NCBI GenBank assembly: GCA_000708835.1
Contig: DF237079.1
Location: 62,001-126,000 of the forward strand
Direction of reading: 5' to 3'
DNA: 64,000 nt
From: Klebsormidium nitens
Taxonomy: Eukaryota > Plantae > Klebsormidiophyceae
The notes below the pieces were generated by a model. That model was not told the origin of the DNA, did not search any database, and was given only the letters and a program-made list of their open reading frames with translations. Within the stretch, counting starts at the first letter, position 1. Each line of letters opens with the position of its first letter. Made by a program: the position numbers and the translations under genes. Positions 40,201 through 53,517 of this stretch are shown piece by piece.

Positions 40201-43200
40201 TCGCCGCCTGGCGCGCCCTCTCCTGCCCGGCCCGCCTCTCCGCTTCCTTCCGCTCCGCCTCCTGGATCTCTTTGAGCGTCATCCTCTTCGCGCCCCCCCC
40301 GTTCGTGTTCCACGCAGGCGCCTGCTGCGGTTTCTCCTCCTGGTGCAGCCCAGGGAGGAAGTCGGCGAGCGACGGACCGGCCGCGGACTTTGCGCTGTAC
40401 TCGGGAGGGGTGTCATCGGCGGCGGCGCTCTCTTCGGCCGCCAGCTGGCGCAGCGACGGGCGGGTCGCGGCGGCTTCGACGGCCCAGGGGGATGCGGATT
40501 GCATGGGGGACGGCGTGGGCGCTGCAAGGGGGGAGAGGTTTGAGATAACGAGGATTTGTTTCATTATGAGATGATTACAACTTGAGCTGATTGATACATG
40601 ACAAGCAGCGGTGAAGCAGTCCTTGCAAAGATGCCGTGAGACATTGAGAATGATGCCCTGGGGAAGTAGAGAGGACGTTGCAATGCAGAGTTCGCACGAA
40701 GCAGACCACGGCTATGAGCCTTGAGAAGGGAAAAGCTTGTAGAATGCGTTGAGAAGTCCTAGCTTTCGCTGCATTCTTTCAGGACGTTCCTGAAACATAA
40801 AACCAGGCAGACAAACACGTCTGCACTCAAATTTTCCAAGGACTTCGTGGCACTCAACTCGGTATATCCATCACTGTCAAACAATGCGCTCTCTTTGAAA
40901 GTCAGGCCCTCCCCCTCACCTGGCTTGCTCGCTGCCGCCGCCTGCTTGCCCTTCGCCCCCTTCTTCTTGCCCTTCTTCCCGCTCCCCGCTTCCACAAACT
41001 CCGCCTCCTCCTCCGCCGTGATCGTCCTGACAGGTGGCGTCATCTCATTGGCCCGCTTCCTCTTCTCCTCCTTTCCGGGAGGGGGCGTCTGCGGCGCCGC
41101 CGCGGCCGCGTTCATAATCACCTGCTCCGCCAAAGTGTCTCTCGCCTGCAGCTGCGCCTGTTTCTCCATCCTGTTCCCAACCGGGGAGGTACCCTGAGCC
41201 TGGCTCGGACCCCACACCGGACCCCCCTGGGCCTGAGACACCTTGGCGTTGCGCTCCGCAGCCTGGCGCGCTTCTTCCTCCTGGATCTCTTTCAGCGTCT
41301 TGGGACGGGACCCCCCTCCCGCTCCCCCCCACGGAGACGCACCGCTCTGGTTCGCACTGTAACCCCCCGCCGCAATCCTCGCCGCTTCTTCCGCTGCCAG
41401 TCGCGCTCGCTCCGCTCTCTCCCGCTCGGCTTCCTCCATCTGGATCTGCAACAACGACTTCTTTTCCTTGGGCGCCGCCGCCACGGTCCACGGGGCCTCC
41501 TTCGGCGGCTGTGCCAGAAGCCTCGTAACGGGAGGCCCTGCTTTCAGCTGCTCCGGTTGCTTGTTCCACTCACTCAACGACACGACCACCGGTTCCGGCT
41601 GGGGTTCCGGCCCCCACTGAGGACGGCCGTCCGGTTTCGGCGCCGGCGCCTCAAACCGATTGTGATATCTCGCCGGCTCTTCCATAGAAGGCCCTTTTTC
41701 GGGGGGGGTTGCCTGCCGGGCGCTGCTCTGAGGAGCTCCCCACGGCTGCTGCGGGGCCGGAGCCCCCCGCCGCAGCTTCTCCAGATGCTCTTGGTGCATT
41801 CGCTCGAACTCCTGTGCTCGCAGCTCGTCTTGCGAAACAACCAAACCTTGCGAGGCCCCCGGAATCTGCGGTGCGCCCAATCCCTGGGACACGTGCTCGC
41901 CGTTTTGGAAGCCCCCCCACGGCGGCATCTGCCCCTGGATCTCGACACCCGGTTCCATTCTTGATGGGTGCTCTTCCCGCATCGTCTGCCGCTCAACGTT
42001 CGGCATTGGTCCTCTCGCCCAACGCTGCTCCGCCGGCGGACCATTCGTTGCGGCAGGGTGCTCCTGCCCCTGGCCATGCCCCCCCTCGCCGGCCGAAACG
42101 CCGAGCGACTTGAGGTACTGCACCAAGGCCTCCACTGGCAGGTTCCCTTCCTGAACCGCTTGCACCAGTTCGGGGGGGATGCTTTGCTCCTGCGGGGGCA
42201 CCCCCCCCGCGCGCTCCCTGGGAAGGACGCCTTGCAGGAAGGGGGGGAGCTCAGGCTGAGCTCGCGCCTCCTCCCGCACCCCCCCGGACTGGGACCGCAG
42301 CAGGTTCTGCTCGTGTTGCTGCTGACGTATCATCATCTCCTGGTGAAACTTCTGCTCGGGTGTCTCGAAGGGGGGGCGCGGCGGCCAGCCGTGCTGCTCG
42401 GGGCCGGGGAAGCGCATGTGGGGGGGAAGAATGTCTGGCGGGAAGGGCCCCCCGAGGAAGGGAGGCTGTTCTAAGGGGGTGCGTGCACGGCGCTCGGCTT
42501 CCTCGCGTTCACGCTGGCGCTGGCGCTGCTCGGCTTCGACTTGCTCCAAAGAGTGGGCCTGCAGAAAAAGAGGAAGTGGAGCAGATGAACAGGAGGCCAG
42601 CATGAGGTGATCATGAGCTGACATGTAATGAGGACTAGCGAGCGTATGAATCAAAAAGCAGCATTTGATCCGAGGTCGAAGGCATGAATACAAACCCTGC
42701 TTGGCAGCGATTGAAACGACCGTAACCCATTTGCTGAGCACGAAAGTAAGCCGTCTCAATTGAGCCAATTAAAACCAGACATACACCTTGTACCTTTCTT
42801 CAGCTTGCTTTTCAATTCTATTTTGAAATTTCAAAGTTTGTCTTTAAGTGCAGGACAGCGCCGGTCGCACAGGAAGCAGGTCCACACACCTGCTGTGGGG
42901 GCTGCAAATGAGGGGGTACTCCGGCAGGGAAAGCAGGCCCCTCGCCATGCTGCGAAAGGCCACTGTGCTGGCGTTGCAGGTGAACCTGCTGGAAGAAGCG
43001 GGCGTGCAGTTCGCGCTGCTCGTTCAAGTAAGCTGCACATGGGGATGATGGACGGAATCAGCGCGCTGCACTTGGAAGGCCGTTTAAAGCGTGAGAGGCT
43101 CCCACCAAAATTGCAGCAAACTGAGCGTCTGCACAGAAACGGCAGCTTCGTACGATTTGACTCATACGATTACACTCAAAACTTGTCGAACCACTGAAGG

Positions 43201-46200
43201 CTAACCGAGGGACTGCACAAACGCTTCCACTCCGCAAACCCCACAACATCGCCCAAGCAGCGCAGGTAACAACGTAACCAAACAAGCAAGCACGCTTACC
43301 AAGATACTGCTCGTGGTTGCCCCCCAACTGAGCAAACACCTCCGCAGACATAATGGGCTGCGGGAACGGCATCGAGCTCTCTCCCAGCAGCAGCGGCGGG
43401 TGTTCCGGCCTCTTCTGCCCGCTGTCCCGNNNNNNNNNNNNNNNNNNNNNNNNNNNNNNNNNNNNNNNNNNNNNNNNNNNNNNNNNNNNNNNNNNNNNNN
43501 NNNNNNNNNNNNNNNNNNNNNNNNNNNNNNNNNNNNNNNNNNNNNNNNNNNNNNNNNNNNNNNNNNNNNNNNNNNNNNNNNNNNNNNNNNNNNNNNNNNN
43601 NNNNNNNNNNNNNNNNNNNNNNNNNNNNNNNNNNNNNNNNNNNNNNNNNNNNNNNNNNNNNNNNNNNNNNNNNNNNNNNNNNNNNNNNNNNNNNNNNNNN
43701 NNNNNNNNNNNNNNNNNNNNNNNNNNNNNNNNNNNNNNNNNNNNNNNNNNNNNNNNNNNNNNNNNNNNNNNNNNNNNNNNNNNNNNNNNNNNNNNNNNNN
43801 NNNNNNNNNNNNNNNNNNNNNNNNNNNNNNNNNNNNNNNNNNNNNNNNNNNNNNNNNNNNNNNNNNNNNNNNNNNNNNNNNNNNNNNNNNNNNNNNNNNN
43901 NNNNNNNNNNNNNNNNNNNNNNNNNNNNNNNNNNNNNNNNNNNNNNNNNNNNNNNNNNNNNNNNNNNAGGAAAGTACGGCGGCCGTTCCGTTTTGGGGGG
44001 CTGCTCCGCAGGGCGTTGCGGATCCCCCCGGAAGAGGGGGAACTGGTCCAGGGGGGTCTGGGGCTTGGGCGGTTCGTCCCCATGGAGGAAGGATAGGTCA
44101 GGGGCACCGGGAAAGTGGGGAGGGAAGGGAGGCTCTGCCGGGGGTGGTTGGAACTGGGGTTGTTGTTGCAGCTTGGGGGGCTCGGTTTGGAGGCTTGGGT
44201 AGTGTAGCTGGATGGGAGGCTGCTCGGGGGTTTGAGGCTTCGGGACTTGTTGGGACTGGGCGACGTGGTTCTGCTGCCAGGCTGCATGCTCAGCAGCTGC
44301 CGCCGCCTTTGCGTCTGCACAGAGAATGCCCTTCTGACTGTGAGCCATTCGTTGGACACTTCAGGATGCTCCAATACAACGATTGGGCATTCCAAGCATC
44401 AAGGTGAGAATCGACAACGAACCTCAAACCGTTCTTGGGGTCGCCCTGGATTCGACGGCCGAAGACTGGATACACAGAAGCAGCTTATCCACGAAAAACG
44501 CCTCACTGCAATCAGGATACTAAGCAACAGCTTTCATCCCAAGGACTAGTGTTGCTCCAAGTAGAGGAAACGAAGATGTTTGCAGCATCAACAAAAGTAA
44601 GTGAAACCGACCTGGCACAGCTCGCTGGTACGGGGTGTCTGCCTCCGCTCCAGTCCCGGGCCTTGAGCCCCGCTCCAAGGTCCCCTCCCGCACCTCCGTC
44701 CTCCCCGCTTCCGTCTCCCTATGCTCGTACCCCGGAGGCATGCGCGGCGTTTTGGGCTTCAGGTGCGGCAGTGCGGTGCCCAGCGGCACGAACGGCGCCG
44801 ACTCTGGGAGCGTGTGCCGGCGTACGGGCAGGTCTGCGGTGAAGAATCCTTGCTCCAACCACTGCTCGATGTCCTCCTGCGGGAACGGCCCCTGCGTCTC
44901 CCCCTGGGGGTCCTTGTACCAGTACAGCGCAGGGGGCTCGCGCCCCCCCTCCGTGTGCGCCTCGTCGTTTTCGTGCTCCCCCCCCGTCTCCCACAGCTCA
45001 GGCGCGGGCTCCTCTCTGCCCCCCCCAGAGAGCAAATCGTCCGGCAACAGATGTACCGCACTCTCCACGGGTTTCTGCGCACGCCCTTTGTCAGACTCGT
45101 CCTTTCGCCACGTTGATGCTTGGTCCGCCCGGTGAGGCGGCTCTTCGCTTTTGGGGGGTGGCGTCGCCGGCGCAACCCTCTTCTCCCTCTCGGCTGCCGC
45201 TTTGTCCTCCGCTTGCTTGCGCCACACGCGGTCTTCCTCTGCGAACCGGTTGCTCCGCCAGTCCTTCGCACCTGGAGCGTCGTCACCTGGCTTGGGCGCT
45301 TCCTTCGGGCGGACCTCGTCTTCCTTGCGGGGCGGGGGGCCGTCGTTGCGGCGCCAGGGTTGGTGTTCGTCGCGCCCTGCGCTCAAGATGTGCGAGACTG
45401 GATCAGAGGTGACCAATCCAAAGGCACTGATCACGAGGAGCCCAAGATCAGACTCTTTTGGATACAGGATGAAACTGTACGATCAGAGCAGAAGGTCACA
45501 GCAGAACACTTTGTTACAAGACCTCACAAGGTGAAAGTCCTCATACATGAACAGTGCTTCAGGCAATTCGAAGTTCCATCCCTTTCGAATCCAAAAGCAG
45601 AGCGAATATACTTGACGAGAGTCCGGTGGAGCGACGAGTTGCAGGATATTCAGCCACGTAGAGCGCAACTCCAATTTGATGTTGATCTGCACCGTGCAGC
45701 AGAGCAGTTCCCCACCTCTAGCAGGCAGAGCAGCCCTTTCAGCATCAGCAAAGCGTGCTTCTGCTGCTCTCTCGAACTGTGCGCCACCTGCGCCGCGTTG
45801 CGCGCTGAGTGCAGGGGCATCAAAGAAACCATCGTCGCCACCAGACTTCTCATCGCCAATACCTGAATGCACAGACGCGTATCAGAACGCTTGAGCAACA
45901 CAAGAGCATCCTCAGCTGGAACCAAGTTGAATACTTGCGCCCGAAACATGTTTTCGACATGATCCCTCCTTGTACCAAAATATTGACAGCCACAGGTCGT
46001 GCCCAGAGTGCAATTGACCACAGCAGAATGTAGATAGTCCAAAGCACAAACCAGAATCATGTCCCGACATAAACTTGAGCAGCTAATCCTGAGAAGCCGT
46101 TGTACATGGTGCTGCCAGAGCTCCTGCTTAAAAGTTCCCCGCAATCTGCTGGCACGATCCTGGAATCACAAATGCCCTTGGGTTCAATCCTTCTCACGCT

Positions 46201-48838
46201 GACCAGCCAAATGAACATGCTTCACAAAATCAGCTGCCTACCTGGAGCAGCAGGCCTGGGTTGGCCCCTGCCTCGTCCTATGCCAGGCTGCAAAGTGTCC
46301 TTTGGTGGAGTCGGAGCCGCTTCAAACGCCTCCTTGTTGCGCGGCGGCGGGCGAATGGGCTCCCCCTTGCGGATGCTCTCATAGTAGCTCTGTGAGATGG
46401 ATGCAATGCTTAGAAGTGGCATCAAGATCAACAAATTCTGAAACTCTGTAGTTTGCCTGCTTCGCTCAGACCAAATTCTTTGGCTGCCACCAAGCTTCAT
46501 GATCGTCTGATATTGAAATAGAACAGACTTCATTTGAAAAGAACAATAGTTAGAAACACCACATGTTGCAATTTCCCAGCAATTCAAACTTTCAGTGTTT
46601 ATAGCAACTTCGCTCCAAGCTTCTGGACGAGCTCAGGCAGAAAGGAATGAAGTAATTTGGCCCACCTTGTCCTCCTCATCAAGCGGAATGAACGCCAGCG
46701 GTTCCCCGCCCTCCTTCACGATGATCTCCTCCACCTCCGCTGTCGTCTCCGGCTTCTTCAACCGGGCCGTCCCTCGCACCTTCCGATACACCTCGAGCAT
46801 TGTCTCCTTCGAATACCGATGCGCCCTCGGCTGCTCCTGCACCCCCTCCCTCTCCGGCAAGGGCGTCTGGTGGTCCCAAAATGCCCCCACGAAACCCCCT
46901 GCCGGCGCCCCAATCGGCGGCCGCTGCTCCTGTGGGCCCGCAAACCCAGGCGCCCTGCCGCGCCCCCGACCCCGTGCAAACCCTCCAGGGGGGATGGCAA
47001 ACCCAGTGGGTGGCGGATCAGCGCCGCCCCTGCCCCTTCCCGTTGGTCTCCACGGATCATTCCCCGCACGGCGGAAACCTGCATCTTCGGGGGGCGCTCT
47101 TGGCCCAGGAGGAGCCCCACCGTCCCGCTCCGGCTCAGGCCCCCATTTGTTCCGAGGAGGGGGCACCTCCTTGTCTCTGTCGTTGTCCCACCGGTTACCC
47201 CCCCACTTGCGAATCTCTCCGCCTGCGTCGCCCCACCGCTCCCTCCTGTGATCAACAGCATGCCCTCCAGCGCCATCGGCGGCGCCCCACTTGTTTCCCT
47301 CCCCTGCCTTGTCAACCTGCCAACGATCACGAAACCCATTGGCGGCCCTTGCCTGCGCCCCCCCTTCGCGCTCCTCATCCCGCCAACGGTTGTCGGGGGG
47401 CCGACTGGGGTCCCCTTCTGGCTCCCAATCAGCACCGCTACCCCCCGGCTTGCGCCATTCAATGTCCTTGTTGAAGGGGCGAGCTGGCGGCGGATCTTTC
47501 CCCCAGCGAGGCTTGTCGGTACCCGGGTAGCCAGGGGGCCCGGCAGGGCTGCGACCAGCATCCTGAAAAGAAGCCAATAGCTTACGTTATGGAAGGAATT
47601 GGGTCAAGTGTATTTGCCTGCAACTGAAAATTCAAATGCAGTGTGAAGAACCATTACCATGAGCTGCTTGTACTTCCCCGCAGCTACTTGGAGAAAAGCT
47701 CCCAAGTTTACTGTTGCCACAATCAGCATGATATAGGAGACAAGCCAGGAGCTATATCTTAGAGAATAGCTTGCGGTCTCATTGAATAGTCTCCGGAGCA
47801 TTCGTGCACCAGAAGCAGAGGCAATCCTACTTCGCATTTGGAATTCAGGGTTGGGCCAGCCATGGCCGTAAATACGCTAGCTCTCCAAACAAGTTACCAG
47901 GTACACATTAGGACAAAAAGTCCAACAGTTCCAAAGCATGACTGATTGACCATTTGGAACCACATCCTGAACCCTAATGAGACTGGTGCGCTTTTCTCTC
48001 AGAAAGATATGGCTACTCATAATAACGACTCACTTTCGGCCCAGGTGATTTCAACCACTGGGGTTGCAAAGAAGGCCCGTCGGCACCCCTTGGTGAATCT
48101 GCAAAGGGAGGCCGGAAGCCCTGATCAGGGTGGTCGTTTCTGTGCTGTATGCATGCAGTCTACTGTGATTGCCTGATGTTTGCAGAGGTCTCAGAAAACT
48201 CATAAAACGATGTACAATATGCCTGGATCGCTCTACTGTCTGACCAAGACCTTAATCAACCTCAAGAAACCCCAGGAAACCCCAAAAGCCCCTGATTGAT
48301 ATCACACGAGCTTCACCCACCTTTGCCATCCGATTCAAGCACAACCAACCTCGAACCACCACCAGCTCCTGTTACATTGAAGGGATGCATCTGAAACTAT
48401 TCTTTTGCAGAACCACAAAGTCAGGGCTTGACTGACTCAGGAGCTTTTCGAAGTTATTGAGCTCTGCTGCTCCACACATGTAAGCCCTACCGCAACTGCT
48501 CTTTCCAAGACCTCAATGACATGCTTTCTTCCCCCAAATTTCATTCTCCAATTGCATCACTGCTTGAGAAAGCATTCTGGCAACTCTCAGGGCAACTATT
48601 ATCCTCTTCCTGCTTAATCAAGAGCTCATTGACAAGCAGCCAGTTGTTTCTGAAGTCACTATCCATTTTGAAAAGTTGCAATCAACTGATAAACGATCAG
48701 TCCATTGTGGAATACCATTTCAAGACTAACGACATATCGACCTTTTGCTTGGAAAAGATAGTTCAAACCCTTACCAGTAGGCCTGCCTGGACGAAAACTC
48801 AGCGTGCTTCCGTCATCCTTGGTCTTGGAATCCGCCAT
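37215..48838 (-). CDS. GYF-domain protein (GIGYF / plant EXA1-like translational repressor), about 15 exons, interrupted by an assembly gap
   Basis: Exons include 48838-48775, 48098-48034 (SLQPQWLKSP), 47562-46666 (RGG-rich, RYSKETMLEVY), 46389-46241, 45862-45716, 45376-44612 (GYF: WYKDPQGETQGPFPQEDIEQWLEQGFF), 44314-gap-43300, 43032-42890, 42558-40920, 40521-40177, 39643-39442 (DDDDLFWDY), 39091-38877, 38375-38265 (FRRWCE), 37794-37605 and 37419-37215 (LLGFSVHSSRINMGTIE). Confidence 0.9.
43430..43967. other. Assembly gap (538 N) inside a GYF-gene coding exon
   Basis: Run of N. The likely coding frames on the two sides differ in the ORF track, so the gap length is only an estimate. Confidence 0.99.
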
Positions 48839-49728
48839 CACTTCACAAACACACGAGACACCTAAGGTTACGCTATGCCAATTCTGTACACTCGGGCAGC
48901 TAAGTCTAACTGCTAATGTACAGTAGCTCGTTGACGTTGAGTGCTAGCTCTACCAAGCCACAGAAAAGCAACACCACTCTCGAGTTTCCAGGATGCTTGG
49001 AAGAACACTTCTCCAATGCGTCGCAGGACAAGCATAAACCCCAGTACAAACACACCAGGATCTCAAGAAGAAGGACAGGCCTTCCCAAAAGAGGTGATGA
49101 AGAGGGCAGCAATTGGAAGCAATGAAACGAGGACGTTGCCAATGCAAGCGACTTGTCCAACTTCGGTGTGCGCGTCTACAAACTGCTGGCAGTGGAGACA
49201 AGCAATTGTCAATGTTATGACGAGGCAATGTGGATCCCTTCTTGAAATTCTGTAGACCTACTTCAACCTGAGGCCCAGGGCCTGCAGGCTGCTTCATGAT
49301 TCGGACGCGTCGGAGTCGAACTTGAAGTTTGATTCAAAAGGTATTCCCTTCTGCGAGTCGTATGGCTTCAGCCCATCTTATACGTATGCGAGTCGGCAAA
49401 CATCAAACGGAGAGGAATAGCAGGAACTGCCATGGAAGCGTCTGCGTATACGGCTAACGGAAGGCTATAAGTATAGGTACATCATGGCTAATACGAACAA
49501 CGGTGGTCGCGCTTATGTAGCCTATTGGTACGGTATATGAAATACAATTTTGAAGGAAAGCTGAGACTCTGGCCCAGGGTCAGACCGTAGACGGCATTGT
49601 GCTGTTGTCATTGATCAGTGACATTGAAGCCCACCTGGGCGGCGCTCTGCGTGCCATTCTTCATCAACTTCTCCTTTCTGTTTTGCCGGCTGTCAATTGT
49701 ACATCTAGGACGGCAAGAACAATCCGTG

Positions 49729-51558
49729 ATGGCTTTGCAATGGGTGCTCATGGGTTCGGTTGCGATACTTGAAGCCGTCATCCTCGTCTTCCTGTCTTTG
49801 CCTCTGCCACATGCTTTGCGGAAACGGACAGTCTGGGTAGTGGAGAACTCGCTGCAGCCTATGCTTGCAATAGTACCTTTTGCCATCTTCCAGCTCACAG
49901 GTGAGCGTCGATGGAAGCTGCCCTTGAAAAGCTCGCTCCTGCTCCTTACTGGTGTTGAAAGAAGGGGCTGAGCTGCTTCCTTGCATGCACAACCACAGAG
50001 GTAGACCTGCCCGCGTCAGCTTAGTCAACAACATGCAGGTCATGGATTTGGTCAGAATTTTTGGTATTGCTCTCAAGTCAACCACTTTGTACTTGATGCT
50101 CTTGTGAACTTTGAGTAGACTGCAATATCACTTAAACGGAGTGGTGCATGCTGGGTCGTGCTGCACGTGGTTCTTATGATTGCTTCCGCAAACCTGCAGA
50201 AACCACTATTTGAACCTCCTTATACGTTGGCAAGCACCAAAGGATAGTTTGGGTATGTTAGAGCTGATGGAAGATGGATCAGCTGAGCCCCTCATTCGAT
50301 GCTTTTCTCCGTTTGCAGAGGTGTACTTGAAATGGGAGGCAAGGATGCGGTGTGCAGGAGTAAGTATGTCGGCTCGTTTCTATTTGTTTTTGTCTATCGC
50401 GTCCCATGAGAAATTTTTTGAGCCCTGTTATGCAGCTTTCGTGCACAGGTTGTAAGAATACTGATGCAAGTGTGTTCACAAACGCACGCTCATAACAGCA
50501 CTGATGGGGGGTGGTGTGGCTTGGCATAGATTGGTATGAATTGAACATGGGAAGACTGCTTTTGAGATGAAGACAATTATCTTTCTGAATATGATAAGCG
50601 GACACTTGTCCTTAGATTAGTGAAATTCGGGACAAGTCTTGACATAGCAAAGTAGTGGTAAACTGGTTTTAGCATGATCAGGGAAACCCAATTGTGTAAG
50701 TGAGCAGCCCCTTGAAGACTCAAAAGAGAAGGTGGTCCCTAGATTGAAGTCCTGCTTTGAAGGACCTCGCTGGGCGAAGTTGGATTCGCATGATCCACAG
50801 GCAGCCTGTAGCTTTGGAAAGCGAATCTTTGAATCAGGAAGGGCTTAATTCAGAGTTTGTGACTGGCTTGATCTTATGAGCTTCTTCCTTATTGATGGCC
50901 AGTGTTGGCTGGATTCGCAAAGCCAGAAATCGATATGGCATGCAGATTATCCTTTGCAAATTTTGGACAACAGTCTTTGAGTGGCCACTCATTCACAGAA
51001 GCTCTCCGTCTCTTGCAGGAAGTCTGCACGGTGGCAGATAAAGACCGGTTTGACAAGGCGATGATGAAGACGCAACGAAACGGTGTTCTGGCGTTTTCGG
51101 CACTCCTGCTCTATTGGTGAGGCTCATGGGTCTTTTGGAAGCCAATCAGACGGTGCTGACGAGATTGGAGTACGCTTCCGGTGGCATGTTTGATGCCATC
51201 CCCAAGGCTTCGACTTAAGGGTTGCAATCTTGTTATTCTGGTCCATTGTCGAGGAGTGCGAGCGTTGCAACTCAAGGCCTTTGCGAAATCTGAAACTGAA
51301 AGGCCCGACTTCGAGAGAACGTTGTGACATGTGGTTTAAACGGGAAAGCCTTGAAGGTCCAGGCTTCATGCAAAATCCCCTTGCGTCAATCACTTCTTCA
51401 TTGATGGATGTTTTTGACTATTGTACCAGCTGTTAACCCGGGTAGAGCTTCCTTTTCACCCTGTCTTCCCTCCTTGCAGGATCCTGTTTCGGTTCTGCAA
51501 AACATTGAAGAAGCTCTCGCTTATGGAAGACAAGCTGAGAGTCCAGAAGGACGAATGA
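49729..51558 (+). CDS. Small BAP29/BAP31-like ER membrane protein, 4 exons
   Basis: Exons 49729-49900 (MALQWVLMG...LPLPHALRK...PMLAIVPF), 50319-50359 (EVYLKWE), 51019-51116 (KAMMKTQRNGVLAFSALLLYW) and 51480-51558 (ILFRFCKTLKKLSLMEDKLRVQKDE*). This matches the recalled pattern of the short plant BAP31-like family. Confidence 0.85.
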
Positions 51559-52463
51559 CTGAGGTATACACGAGAGTAGCTTTTAGTGCTTTGCTTGTTG
51601 TATCATATGGATAGGGGCTGCATATTAACATGTCGCTTGTGTAGATTGTCATACAAAGTCAATGACGTCGCTGCACAATTAGAAAATCCAGCCGAGACAC
51701 ATACCCTGACCATCGTTCATAGATTTAGCAAATGCAAAGTTGCAACTTTCAATTCCGAATGTAATATCGAGACAAAGTATTGCATGGCAAATGAAGATGT
51801 TGAAGCTGTAAAGTGGCACTGATGTCTGAACGATCTTTTGCTACAGACTTATAACTATATAATCCTTACACATACTGGAGGATAACCGGAACTGGATGAT
51901 GTTATGAGCGGATACGTGTGCACTAGCTCTGGACGTGCTGTTCTGATCTCAACCAATTGGCCGCCTCTTAGGGATGTCCCCTAATATGAGCCACGTACCA
52001 ATACACCTAATCGAGATTCGGCGGTGCAATCAAATGAACCATGGAATAGTATGTTCTCATGCATAGCTGCCGCCCCATTGTGCATATGCATTGAAGTGCT
52101 GATCCTCAAAGAATCAAAGGAGGATGGCCCTTCATTCGCGTCAGTAATTTGGGCGACGGTATAGTAAGGAGTGCAAAAGTCCATTGGAATTGGCGTCAAA
52201 CTTAACATGTTACATGGGGCATGCGCTGAATCTTAGAATTGCCATGGGAGCAATTGGTCTGTTGGTTTACGAAATCGAGCAATTCAAAGTATATTCAGCT
52301 GATCCAACATCGACAGCTAGCTGCAAAGTACAAATAATGATGAACGTTGAGAACTGCATGGTTTGTAAATTGTGACCCCCTGCAACTTCAAGGATGAGCA
52401 CAATCCACAGACTTAGAAGTTAGGACTTTACAGTCGACCGAGTATTACTGGCCTCTGGGCCAA

Positions 52464-53095
52464 GGCATCGTGGCAAAACACTTGTGCAAGGGCGTCCGGA
52501 CCTCCGAAAAAAAACCGGCCACCAGGGGGGTGCGAGCAGAAATAGACAGGAAAAACACCGGCCACCAGGGGTACCCATGCCCCGTCGCAGAATAAATTGA
52601 GATTAGATAGATATACGAGATGGGGCCTGCAATCAATTACTCCACGTTTAGAAATCAAACCAATCTACGGTACTTACAATGGGCCAGTGTGCGATCCAGA
52701 GCCGTACTTACAAAGGGCTAACTAGTGTGCGATTCAGAGCCGTATAAGGCACTAACCCAGTTACATATGCGGCTGGACTCTTCAATTTTTGACAGAGCCC
52801 GTTTGACCATCTCGTCCCAGACCGGTCGGTTGGTGTGACGTGTCCCATGCGGCTTCTCGCAGGGGGCCGGCAACACGTTTGGTACATGTATACGGGGTTG
52901 AGTGGTTACTTATAGGCAGATTTTCCGACGATATTGTGGGTTTTGAATGCTGTCGAAAATGTTCAACCGGGCACCGGCCACCAGCCCCCTCGACTCTTTG
53001 CCAGGGAGCTCCGAGAACCGGCCACCAGCCCCATCAAGGAAATCCGGAAAACCGGAGGTCCGGACGCCACTGCACAGGTGTTTTGACACGATGCC
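52464..53095. mobile_element. Non-autonomous MITE, probably PIF/Harbinger (Tourist-like)
   Basis: 43-bp terminal inverted repeats at 52464-52506 and 53053-53095 (39/43 identical) that start GGC. They are flanked by a 3-bp direct repeat CAA (52461-52463 and 53096-53098). The element is 632 bp with no transposase ORF. Confidence 0.75.
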
Positions 53096-53517
53096 CAAGC
53101 AAGAGCTCTACCTGTAGGCTCTAACAAAATTAAACATAGACGTATTTCAATTTTCAAACCTCGAGATCCTCAGGCCACAAACAAATGCATACGAGCCTTC
53201 CGATGTGTGAATCGACGTCAGTTGATCAAGCCTTCGGATTCAGATCCGAAGGAATCTGGCCGGGCACGAAGTACCGGAAGGTAGAAGGTGTTCAACGCAC
53301 CGCGCAGTGCGCAGTCCACTCAGCAGTGAGCACCGTCCTCCGCATTGTGACTGGGCAGGCGGCCGGCCTGTTCCGAGCTGCTCCTTCGGATCATCGCTTC
53401 GAAGCGCCAAAGCAAGAGTTGCGATCCTCAGCCTCTGACTCGGTGGACTTGCGCTTGGCCTCCAAGCCAAAGTGCTGCTGCGATGCTGCGGCCCCTCTCT
53501 GTTGCATAGCCACGCCA

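Noticed and set aside
40759-47580. Many long overlapping and antisense ORFs in the GYF gene
   Set aside because: They are shadows of GC-rich, low-complexity coding exons.
51890-51950. Possible C/D-box snoRNA (GGATGATG...CTGA)
   Set aside because: The C box is imperfect, the span is short, there is no terminal stem, and I identified no rRNA guide.
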